From Escherichia coli (GTDB taxonomy: Bacteria; Pseudomonadota; Gammaproteobacteria; Enterobacterales; Enterobacteriaceae): DNA of 24,000 nt. Of the stretch, positions 15,982 through 24,000 are shown in pieces. The stretch is taken from NCBI RefSeq assembly GCF_041006045.1, contig NZ_CP163133.1; one strand, written 5' to 3'. Position 1 is the first letter of the stretch. The number at the start of each line of letters is the position of its first letter. The notes beneath the pieces were generated by a model, which searched no databases, was not told the origin of the DNA, and saw only the letters and a program-made list of their open reading frames with translations. Made by a program: the position numbers and the translations under genes.

Positions 15982-16332
15982 ATGTTTACTGCATTCAATG
16001 AGAGAAATGATTTCAGTTATGCTTTTGAAAAAATCCGTAATGCGATTTCCGCGCCAGGAGAAAATAATGTTTATGCTGCAACAGAATTAGGTCTTGGCAT
16101 TCTGCTCCGTAAATACGAGCAGTTTCGCCGGGAGCTGGATGCGGCCGGTGAGCTGGGAAACTGGGAATATGATCTCGATACCTACAATCACTGTATTGCG
16201 GTGCTGCAACGTTACTTCACCGGCAATCCATCCGGGCTCACAGAACGTGATGCCCGGATTTACAGCCATTACCTGCAGACTGAGCACAAAGGCTTTGTGA
16301 AGCTGGCTGAAGAACTGGCTGCCGACCGCTGA
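15982..16332 (+). CDS. Hypothetical protein (116 aa)
   Basis: ACTGAGGAAAGGAC Shine-Dalgarno region before ATG; co-directional with next two genes. Confidence 0.65.
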   Translation: MFTAFNERNDFSYAFEKIRNAISAPGENNVYAATELGLGILLRKYEQFRRELDAAGELGNWEYDLDTYNHCIAVLQRYFTGNPSGLTERDARIYSHYLQTEHKGFVKLAEELAADR

Positions 16333-16375
16333 ATACATACAGAAGGCGGGATTTCTCAACAATAAAGGAATAAAC

Positions 16376-17065
16376 ATGGCTGACTGGTTTATTGCGACCG
16401 AAGGCGTGAAGGTGGTGAAGGACAGCGCCAGTCTGGGGCCGCAGATAATTACAGCTGTATCGACCATCGCATCTGCTGTCGGAGCGGTGTTCCTTACTCA
16501 CCACTTCACACTCAGACGTGAGGAGAGAACTGCAGCAGCGAAGCTGGCCAGCGAGCGTCTTTACATTAGTACAGAGCTGGTTTTTTTACTTGAGCGATTT
16601 GCGCAGCGTTGCGCTCCAGCAGCAACAGCAACTGTGGAGCACGATCAGGATGGCAGAGGAGAAGCTGAGTTCTTATTACCGGAAATCGATTATTCCCCGG
16701 TATCTGGTAACTGGCGCTCCCTTCCTTCTGGCCTGATGTATAGGCTCAGCGAACTCTCTGTTCTCAGCTACGAAGCTGTCGTGTGTGTAGATAATGTGTT
16801 TGTTGAAGATACTCCTTATGGTGGAGCGGGTGAATATAGTTTGCATAAAAACGCAGCTATGTTGGGAGTAAAAGCACTGCGGTTATCACGAGAACTGAGA
16901 ATGTTATGTGGCCTCCCTCTGCACGGCCTTTCCGATACACTATCGCCAACGAGGTTGGTATTGTTGAAAGCCAGAGGTAAAACACTCCAAAAGGAGTACG
17001 AAATGGTAAAGAAGTCTAAAAAGACCGAGCAAGAGATTGAGGATTTCATAAAGGGGACATCATGA
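16376..17065 (+). CDS. Hypothetical membrane-anchored protein (229 aa)
   Basis: Possible N-terminal hydrophobic segment (GPQIITAVSTIASAVGAVFLTHHF); AAAGGA Shine-Dalgarno; ATGA overlap with integrase gene. Confidence 0.65.
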   Translation: MADWFIATEGVKVVKDSASLGPQIITAVSTIASAVGAVFLTHHFTLRREERTAAAKLASERLYISTELVFLLERFAQRCAPAATATVEHDQDGRGEAEFLLPEIDYSPVSGNWRSLPSGLMYRLSELSVLSYEAVVCVDNVFVEDTPYGGAGEYSLHKNAAMLGVKALRLSRELRMLCGLPLHGLSDTLSPTRLVLLKARGKTLQKEYEMVKKSKKTEQEIEDFIKGTS

Positions 17066-17853
17066 GTGGCCCACAATTGCTTTCCCTGCCTGGTTCTTTT
17101 TTAACGCCTCCGGCAACATTACCTGTTGCCATTGATTACCCGGCTGCGCTGGCACTACGTCAGATGGCACTTGTGCAGGACGAATTACCAAAATATCTGT
17201 TGGCGCCGGAGATCAGCGCCCTGCTCCACTATGTACCGGATCTGCACCGCAAAATGTTGCTGGCCACCCTGTGGAACACGGGCGCACGTATAAACGAAGC
17301 GCTGGCGCTGACGCGGGGAGATTTTTCTCTGGCGCCGCCATATCCGTTCGTACAGCTGGCCACGCTCAAACAACGGACTGAAAAAGCGACCAGAACGGCA
17401 GGCCGTGTCCCTGCTGGCAGTCAGGTGCATCGCCTGGTTCCCCTGTCCGATACACAATACGTCAGCCAACTGCAGATGATGGTGGCCACGCTGAAAATCC
17501 CACTGGAGCGCAGAAACAAACGAACCGGAAGAATGGAGAAGGCGCGCATCTGGGGAATCACCGACCGCACAGTTCGCACCTGGCTGAATGAAGCTGTAGA
17601 GGCCGCTGCGGCCGACGGCGTGACGTTCTCTGTTCCGGTTACCCCACATACTTTCCGCCATTCCTACGCGATGCATATGCTGTATGCTGGTATTCCGCTG
17701 AAGGTGCTGCAGAGCCTGATGGGGCACAAGTCGATTAGTTCGACAGAGGTGTACACGAAGGTGTTTGCGCTGGATGTGGCTGCACGGCACCGGGTGCAGT
17801 TTTCGATTCCTGAGTCCGATGCTGTCACAATGCTGAAAAACAGACACGCATAA
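17062..17853 (+). CDS. Tyrosine recombinase, F-plasmid ResD-like
   Basis: 263 aa; LLATLWNTGARINEALALTRGDF ... VTPHTFRHSYAMHMLYAGIPLKVLQSLMGHKSISSTEVYTKVFALDV gives the Arg, HxxR and Tyr of tyrosine recombinases; resembles ResD (D protein) of F. Confidence 0.9.
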   Translation: MSGPQLLSLPGSFLTPPATLPVAIDYPAALALRQMALVQDELPKYLLAPEISALLHYVPDLHRKMLLATLWNTGARINEALALTRGDFSLAPPYPFVQLATLKQRTEKATRTAGRVPAGSQVHRLVPLSDTQYVSQLQMMVATLKIPLERRNKRTGRMEKARIWGITDRTVRTWLNEAVEAAAADGVTFSVPVTPHTFRHSYAMHMLYAGIPLKVLQSLMGHKSISSTEVYTKVFALDVAARHRVQFSIPESDAVTMLKNRHA

Positions 17854-17914
17854 GTCACAAATCATAATTATGAATTGTGATTTATTCTATAAAAGAAGAG
17901 GTAATGACTCCAAC

Positions 17915-18418
17915 TTATTGATAGTGTTTTATGTTCAGATAATGCCCGATGACTTTGTCATGCAGCTCCACCGATTTTGAAAACGACAGCGACTTCCGTC
18001 CCAGCCGTGCCAGGTGCTGCCTCAGATTCAGGTTATGCCGCTCAATTCGCTGCGTATATCGCTTGCTGATTACGTGCAGCTTTCCCTTCAGGCGGGATTC
18101 ATACAGCGGCCAGCCATCCGTCATCCATATCACCACGTCAAAGGGTGACAGCAGGCTCATAAGACGCCCCAGCGTCGCCATAGTGCGTTCACCGAATACG
18201 TGCGCAACAACCGTCTTCCGGAGCCTGTCATACGCGTAAAACAGCCAGCGCTGGCGCGATTTAGCCCCGACGTATCCCCACTGTTCGTCCATTTCCGCGC
18301 AGACGATGACGTCACTGCCCGGCTGTATGCGCGAGGTTACCGACTGCGGCCTGAGTTTTTTAAATGGCGGAAAATCGTGTTGAGGCCAACGCCCATAATG
18401 CGGGCGGTTGCCCGGCAT
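17915..18418 (-). CDS. insB: IS1 transposase InsB reading frame (InsAB' made by frameshift)
   Basis: [83 protein letters not shown]. Confidence 0.95.
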   Translation of the reverse strand: MPGNRPHYGRWPQHDFPPFKKLRPQSVTSRIQPGSDVIVCAEMDEQWGYVGAKSRQRWLFYAYDRLRKTVVAHVFGERTMATLGRLMSLLSPFDVVIWMTDGWPLYESRLKGKLHVISKRYTQRIERHNLNLRQHLARLGRKSLSFSKSVELHDKVIGHYLNIKHYQ

Positions 18419-18612
18419 CCAACGCCATTCATGGCCATATCAATGATTTTCTGGTGCGTACCGGGTTGAGAAGCGGTGTAAGTGAACTGCAGTTGCCATG
18501 TTTTACGGCAATGAGAGCAGAGATAGCGCTGATGTCCGGCGGTGCTTTTGCCGTTACGCACCACTCCGTCAGTAGCTGAACAGGAGGGACAGCTGATAGA
18601 AACAGAAGCCAC
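18337..18612 (-). CDS. insA: IS1 protein InsA
   Basis: [91 protein letters not shown]. Confidence 0.95.
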   Translation of the reverse strand: MASVSISCPSCSATDGVVRNGKSTAGHQRYLCSHCRKTWQLQFTYTASQPGTHQKIIDMAMNGVGCRATARIMGVGLNTIFRHLKNSGRSR

Positions 18613-18644
18613 TGGAGCACCTCAAAAACACCATCATACACTAA

Positions 18645-18937
<293 letters not shown>

Positions 18938-19042
18938 CCACTTCACACGTTCAATGTCGTTGATGACTTTAACTATGAGGCGTTGTCGATTGAAAACAAT
19001 CTGAATCTGCCAGCTTCACAAGTGGTAGCGGTACTCTGTAGG
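18938..19042 (+). pseudogene. Second IS3-family transposase remnant, left part
   Basis: PLHTFNVVDDFNYEALSIENNLNLPASQVVAVLCR matches the conserved orfB region (TFNVVDDFNREAL.IEIDLNLPA.RVVRVL). Confidence 0.75.
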
Positions 19043-19084
19043 TGAACCGCCCCGGGTTTCCTGGAGAGTGTTTTATCTGTGAAC

Positions 19085-19975
19085 TCAGGCTGCCAGATCA
19101 TCGTTTCCGATGGAAGCATAATAAGCTTTTTCTGCTTCTGCCGGAGGAGTATGGCCCAGCCTTTCCAGCAATCGTCGATTGTTATACCAGTCCACCCACG
19201 TGAGTGTGGCCAGTTCCACTTCTGCACGGTTTTTCCAGCTCTTACGGTGTATTACCTCCGCTTTGTAAAGGCCATTGATGCTCTCCGCCATCGCGTTGTC
19301 ATACGAGTCGCCTGTACTTCCTGTTGATGCCAGTAATCCGGCTTCCTTAAGCCGCTGTGTGTAGGCCAGCGATACATACTGAGAACCTTTATCACTGTGA
19401 TGGACTGTGCCGGACGGTCGACGGGCCCATAACGCCTGCTCCAGAGCATCCAGCACAAATGTCGTTTCCATAGACGATGAGACCCGCCACCCCACGATGT
19501 ATCCGGCAAACACATCAATGATGAACGCCACATAGACGACCCCCTGCCATGTGCTGACGTAAGTAGAATCAGCCACCCACAACTGGTCAGGACGTTCTGC
19601 CACGAACTGACGGTTTACGCGGTCGCCTGCGACAACGGCTTTCCGGCTGATGGTCGTACGGACCTTTTTACCACGGAGAACACCGGCAAGTCCCATAACC
19701 GCCATGAGACGTGCCACAGTGCATCTGGCCACTCTGATACCTTCCCGTAACAACTGACGCCAGACTTTACGCACACCGTATACCTTGTGATTTTCATCGT
19801 ATACGCGCTGTATCTCTTTCTTCAGCCAGTCATCGCGCTGCGCACGGGCACTGCGTTTATCCGGATGATGTCGCTGTTGCTGACAGTGGTAATACGTTGA
19901 CGGGGCAATATGCAGTTCGCTGCATAGCGGTCCGACCCCGTACTGCTCACGCAGCTTATCCAGCAGTGGCATCAT
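19085..19975 (-). CDS. IS3-family transposase OrfB (rve, DDE)
   Basis: 296 aa, ...[56 protein letters not shown]...[24 protein letters not shown]... Confidence 0.95.
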   Translation of the reverse strand: MMPLLDKLREQYGVGPLCSELHIAPSTYYHCQQQRHHPDKRSARAQRDDWLKKEIQRVYDENHKVYGVRKVWRQLLREGIRVARCTVARLMAVMGLAGVLRGKKVRTTISRKAVVAGDRVNRQFVAERPDQLWVADSTYVSTWQGVVYVAFIIDVFAGYIVGWRVSSSMETTFVLDALEQALWARRPSGTVHHSDKGSQYVSLAYTQRLKEAGLLASTGSTGDSYDNAMAESINGLYKAEVIHRKSWKNRAEVELATLTWVDWYNNRRLLERLGHTPPAEAEKAYYASIGNDDLAA

Positions 19976-20298
19976 TTTTTCCAGAGGCGGTCGAACTCCG
20001 CCTTCGCAAAATAAGCGGAAGCCTGGCGAAGGATATCGTTACTGCGGCGCAGTTCACGATTTTCACGTTCCAGCTCTTTCAGACGCTGACGTTCAGCGGT
20101 GGTGAGCCCGCCATCACCGCCTCCGGTATCCCGCTCATGCTGGCGTACCCAGACACGCAGAGTCTCCGGTGTACAGCCAATCTTTGGGGCAATGGAACAA
20201 ATTGCCGCCCACTGTGAGTCATATTCGCCCTGACTTTCCAGAACCATACGAATCGCCCTCTGACGGACTTCGGGGGAAAAACGAGTATTTTTAGTCAT
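19972..20298 (-). CDS. IS3-family transposase OrfA (HTH_Tnp)
   Basis: [59 protein letters not shown]...; A6 run near the OrfA/OrfB overlap (minus strand of 19975-19980) suits -1 frameshifting. Confidence 0.94.
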   Translation of the reverse strand: MTKNTRFSPEVRQRAIRMVLESQGEYDSQWAAICSIAPKIGCTPETLRVWVRQHERDTGGGDGGLTTAERQRLKELERENRELRRSNDILRQASAYFAKAEFDRLWKK

Positions 20299-20352
20299 CC
20301 TGTTTACCTCTTTCTCAGGGAGTTTAGTCTCCAGGATTCCCGGGGCGGTTCA

Positions 20353-20640
20353 AGGATTGCGGAAAACCATGTCTATCCAGCTATGATTCGCATAGATTAT
20401 GGCCAGGATTTTTTTTATCCAACACGGACGTAATGCGCAGAAAAACATGTAGTAAAACTGGAGATTACCCAATCAGGTAAGTTGGCGCAGAACGCTTTTA
20501 TCGAGAGTTTTAACCGGACATACCGAACAAAAATACTCGGTTTTTGTCTGTTCAGAACGCTGGATGAAAAGCGGGAACTGGCGGCAAACTGGTTGTCAGA
20601 ATATAACAGTGAACGCCATATCAACTACTTAACCATATGA
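20353..20640 (+). pseudogene. Second IS3-family transposase remnant, right part (decayed)
   Basis: RIAENHVYPAMIRIDYGQDFF, then AQNAFIESFNRTYRTKILGFCLFRTLDEKRELAANWLSEYNSERHINY, with stops and frame breaks between. Confidence 0.8.
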
Positions 20641-20789
20641 CACTGGAAGAACATCACTAACGCCATTATTTGGTCACGATCTCAAAAGGTGCATGGAACT
20701 AAAACGAGTCTGTTTACAACGCAAGATGGGTTATGTTATAAAGTAACATAAGTGAGTTGGTAAGCATAAAGTAAAGAGGATAACTTATA

Positions 20790-21053
20790 GTGCTCCCCTT
20801 ATTTAAAGCATTTTGTTTTTTTTGTATTCTATTGTTAGGCTCAGTATTAATTCGGGGTAATAATAATCTTATTTCACCAGTGGTTAGACAAGAATTTTTT
20901 TTATCGAAAAAAACAACCCCATCCTTTTATCAGAAAATTGATGCGTGCTTTAGCAACGTTAATCTTGACTTTACATACAAGTCTGTTGATTACTCAGCAT
21001 CTACCATTTTGCAATACATTAGAAGATTAATAAGAAAGCTTTACATTAAATAA
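20790..21053 (+). CDS. Hypothetical small membrane/exported protein (87 aa)
   Basis: AAAGAGGA upstream of GTG start; hydrophobic N-terminus LFKAFCFFCILLLGSVLI. Confidence 0.4.
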   Translation: MLPLFKAFCFFCILLLGSVLIRGNNNLISPVVRQEFFLSKKTTPSFYQKIDACFSNVNLDFTYKSVDYSASTILQYIRRLIRKLYIK

Positions 21054-21419
21054 AAGAGATGCAATTATCAATAAAATAAGAATATCTCGTTAAGAAATAT
21101 AGCAATATATATGATATTTCAGGAAATAAGTAATCATACATCTATTGATTTATAAAGTATTATTGGAAGGAAGTGTTACATGAACGATTTACGCACTCCC
21201 CTCCATTACACTAATAAACACCACCGACTTGGTATTTATAAATTTTCTAATAAAAGCATCATTTTCACTGAAACAAAATAAATATCAATCACTAAGATAA
21301 TTAACTTATCTGAACAAGTAATCACACTCATATGTTATTAGTTTTCTTATTAATCAGAAAGGAGGGATTTATAAACCAGCAACTTTTTTTGTAGGTGGAG
21401 CCACGGTTGATTTCTGATA

Positions 21420-21818
21420 TCAACCACCTGAGTTTATTTTCGTCGAATGGTAATGTCTTGTCGCACAAACGCTATCTGAATAATTAACTGTAATGGCGTT
21501 GTTGGTATATTTGCCGACATTAACGCTAATAAAGACCCTGATTGCTTCATAATCGCAGGATTTGGCCATTTTGTCTCCCTTTAGATAAGAGTTAACAAAA
21601 TAACCCCAGGAAGAAGGTACCGGTTTCCACGTTACAGACGTTCCCGGCATAAAGTGTCCGACCAGGGCCTTATTCGCAGTTACCAGCGCCCTGTATGCCC
21701 TGATATTTTCTGGAACATGGATGACCGGGGCAGTAATCATACCGGGTTTGACTGACTCCCCTGATATTCTGACATAAAAGGGAATAAATAAAGCGACATG
21801 TGGCCACATTGTAAACAA
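21420..21818 (-). CDS. Hypothetical protein (132 aa)
   Basis: Open frame only; real start may be internal (e.g. MAKSCDYEAIRVF). Confidence 0.35.
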   Translation of the reverse strand: MFTMWPHVALFIPFYVRISGESVKPGMITAPVIHVPENIRAYRALVTANKALVGHFMPGTSVTWKPVPSSWGYFVNSYLKGDKMAKSCDYEAIRVFISVNVGKYTNNAITVNYSDSVCATRHYHSTKINSGG

Positions 21819-21906
21819 ACGTTAAACAAAACAGCATTTTTCAGTTGACTACTACGAGTAAATAAAAAAATATTTATCAAAAACAAACGAGTGGAATGGA
21901 GTTAAC

Positions 21907-22866
21907 TTGTCTATGTACTTAAAGATTCTTGCTACTGCACTCTCAGCTCCTGTAGCGTTTGCTGCACTGGCTTCTGATACTGGGCTTTCTTTTACACCGG
22001 AGAAAATCAGTACGGAGATTGATTTTGGCACTTTAAGTGGCAAGGCCAAAGAACGGGTTTATCTGCCTGAAGAAAAAGGGCGCAAAGCCAGCCAGCTGGA
22101 CTGGAAATACAGTAATGCGCCAATTGTCAAGGGGGCATTTAACTGGGATCTGTTACCCAGAGTATCTGTCGGTGCCTCAGGGTGGACAACATTAGCTGGT
22201 CGTGGAGGCAATATGGTGGACAGGGACTGGCTGGATACGAGCAATCCCGGAACCTGGACTGATGAGAGTAAACATCCGAATACCCGTCTAAATTTTGCTA
22301 ATGAATTCGACCTGAATATTAAGGGATGGCTCCTGAATCAACCAGACTATCAGTTAGGTCTTATGGCTGGTTACCAGGAAAATCGTTATAGCTTTACAGC
22401 AAAAGGAGGCTCTTATATCTATAGTAGTGAGGGAGGCTTCCGGGATGAAACGGGATCATTTCCAGATGGTGAAAGAGCTATAGGCTACAAACAACACTTT
22501 AAAATGCCCTATATAGGGTTAACCGGTAATTATCGGTATGATAGCTTTGAGTTCGGGGGGAGTTTCAAATATAGCGGATGGGTGAAGGCATCGGATAATG
22601 ATGAGCATTACAACCCTGAGAAAAGGATCACCTATCGTAGCGATGTAAATAATCAGAACTATTACTCTGTCTCACTACATGCTGGTTATTATATTACACC
22701 TGCAGCTAAAGTTTATGTCGAAGGAACATGGAACCGTATTACTAATAAGAAAGGTGATACTTCTCTGTACTCCAGAAATTTGAATATATCTGATCACACC
22801 AAAAATGGTGCAGGCATTGAAAGCTATAACTTTATGACCACAGCTGGTCTGAAGTATTATTTTTAA
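21907..22866 (+). CDS. Omptin-family outer-membrane aspartate protease (Pla/PgtE-like)
   Basis: NMVDRDWLDTSNPGTWTDESKHPNTRLNFANEFDLNIKGWLL...RAIGYKQHFKMPYIGLTGNYRY...ASDNDEHYNPEKRITYR...GLKYYF: Asp84/Asp86 and Asp206/His208 equivalents present, C-terminal Phe. Start may be TTG 21907 or ATG 21913. Confidence 0.95.
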   Translation: MSMYLKILATALSAPVAFAALASDTGLSFTPEKISTEIDFGTLSGKAKERVYLPEEKGRKASQLDWKYSNAPIVKGAFNWDLLPRVSVGASGWTTLAGRGGNMVDRDWLDTSNPGTWTDESKHPNTRLNFANEFDLNIKGWLLNQPDYQLGLMAGYQENRYSFTAKGGSYIYSSEGGFRDETGSFPDGERAIGYKQHFKMPYIGLTGNYRYDSFEFGGSFKYSGWVKASDNDEHYNPEKRITYRSDVNNQNYYSVSLHAGYYITPAAKVYVEGTWNRITNKKGDTSLYSRNLNISDHTKNGAGIESYNFMTTAGLKYYF

Positions 22867-22918
22867 CCTGAAGCATACCTGTTTTTAACTTTTTCATGAC
22901 ACTTTAAATATGATAAAC

Positions 22919-22948
22919 AAAAGGCCAGCACTTCTGATGGTGGTCTTT
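22919..22948 (+). terminator. Probable intrinsic terminator downstream of omptin gene
   Basis: AAAGGCCA...TGGTCTTT followed by T-rich GATTTTTTAT; approximate coordinates. Confidence 0.5.
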
Positions 22949-23298
22949 TGATTTTTTATAATATGTGGAGGGTATATGTGCTCAACGATAAAAGTGTTTC
23001 TGTTAACTCTTGTATTTTTAAAGATGCTGCCCTGCCACTCTTCATGCATAACGACACAGTGTTATCGACATAAAAATAATTGATAAGCGATGTTAACAAT
23101 ATGAACTTTATTATAATTCTATTACTCGTCAATAATAAGAAGACCATCCAATAAAAACACACGCAATAACCTGAAGGATTCTGCCGTATAAAAATAAACA
23201 TTGTTTTTACATTTAATCTCTCTTGATTTTGTTTAATCATTGTTTATGTAAGATAATTTATTTTTATAATGATCACATGAAAACAAAAGAGGTTAGAT

Positions 23299-24000
23299 AT
23301 GAAATTATTATTACTTACAGGTGCAACAGGATTTCTTGGTGGCGCGGTCCTGGATAAGCTGCTGGATAACTGTAATAATATAAATTTGCTACTTTTAGTA
23401 CGAGCACCTACTCCACAAGCGGGACTGGAAAGAATTAAAGAAAATATGCGTAAATTTAATGTTTGTGAGGAAAGGTTGCATGCATTAACTAATGATAACA
23501 TCTTGCCTGGGGATCTAAATAATCCGGAAGCCTTTCTCATGGATCCTCGTCTTGATGAAGTCACTCATGTTATAAACTGTGCGGCTATAGCTTCTTTTGG
23601 TAATAATCCTTTTATATGGAATGTGAATGTTACAGGTACACTTGCTTTTGCAAGAAGAATGGCAAAAGTGGCAGGACTGAAACGCTTCCTTCATGTTGGT
23701 ACTGCTATGTCTTGTACACCTCATACGGGGTCGCTAGTTAAGGAAGAGTCTGCTTCATCAGAAACAGGTGAACATTTAGTGGAGTATACGCATTCAAAAG
23801 CAACAATAGAATATCTGATGCGTAAGCAGTGTCCTGATTTACCTTTGTTGGTTGCCCGACCATCAATTATTGTTGGCCACAGTCGTTTAGGGTGCTTACC
23901 TTCAACCAGTATTTTCTGGGTATTCAGAATGGGGTTAATGTTGCAAAAATTTATGTGCTCTCTGGATGATAAAATAGATGTTATCCCTGTAGATTATTGT
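23299..24000 (+). CDS. Extended SDR / NAD_binding_4 (thioester reductase-like) oxidoreductase, partial (3' end outside window)
   Basis: MKLLLLTGATGFLGGAVLDKLLDNCNNINLLLLVRAPTPQAGLERIKENM...HVINCAAIASFGNNPFIWNVNVTGTLAFARRMAKVAGLKRFLHVGTAMSC...VEYTHSKATIEYLM; TGATGFLG nucleotide-binding motif and YxxxK-like YTHSK. Open to the end. Confidence 0.85.
   Translation, partial: MKLLLLTGATGFLGGAVLDKLLDNCNNINLLLLVRAPTPQAGLERIKENMRKFNVCEERLHALTNDNILPGDLNNPEAFLMDPRLDEVTHVINCAAIASFGNNPFIWNVNVTGTLAFARRMAKVAGLKRFLHVGTAMSCTPHTGSLVKEESASSETGEHLVEYTHSKATIEYLMRKQCPDLPLLVARPSIIVGHSRLGCLPSTSIFWVFRMGLMLQKFMCSLDDKIDVIPVDYC

Larger units (their letters stand above)
19043..20352 (-). mobile_element. Intact IS3-family element (OrfA/OrfB), 1310 bp, 3-bp TSD AGG
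   Basis: Inverted ends TGAACCGCCCCGGGTTTCCTGGAGA / TCTCCAGGATTCCCGGGGCGGTTCA (imperfect); AGG at 19040-19042 and 20353-20355; OrfA and OrfB both present. Confidence 0.92.

Noticed and set aside
22956-23240. 94-aa minus-strand ORF and 23244..23564 / 23515..23724 minus-strand ORFs
   Set aside because: Low-complexity AT-rich or antisense frames with no family signal; the latter two overlap the SDR gene.

Overview
This looks like an accessory region of an enterobacterial plasmid, probably F-like and Klebsiella-type (my inference from gene content). Left to right: a Tn3-family tnpA fragment cut by a complete IS26; a truncated arsH plus a divergent arsR/ArsP-like permease pair; a ProQ/FinO-domain gene; an orphan OLD-like ATPase-TOPRIM gene; a GC-rich two-gene hypothetical operon; a large AAA_13-type ABC ATPase with a CPFC motif; vapBC preceded by a CATATG repeat cluster; a two-gene small-ORF + TIR (PF10137-like) operon; a tightly coupled operon of an RHH-domain protein and a KAP NTPase that resembles F pifC-pifA; a repeat-rich intergenic region; two uncharacterised genes joined to a ResD-like tyrosine recombinase; a complete IS1; decayed IS3-family remnants split by an intact IS3-family element with a 3-bp TSD; an omptin protease; and the 5' part of a thioester-reductase/NAD_binding_4-like gene running off the window. 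The most interesting content is the run of nucleotide-sensing or NTPase genes at 4.6-14.3 kb, which looks like a plasmid defence island, and the possible replacement of ccdAB by two unknown genes upstream of resD. No rRNA, tRNA, CRISPR array or replication initiator was seen. All family calls come from motif recognition by eye; no searches were run.
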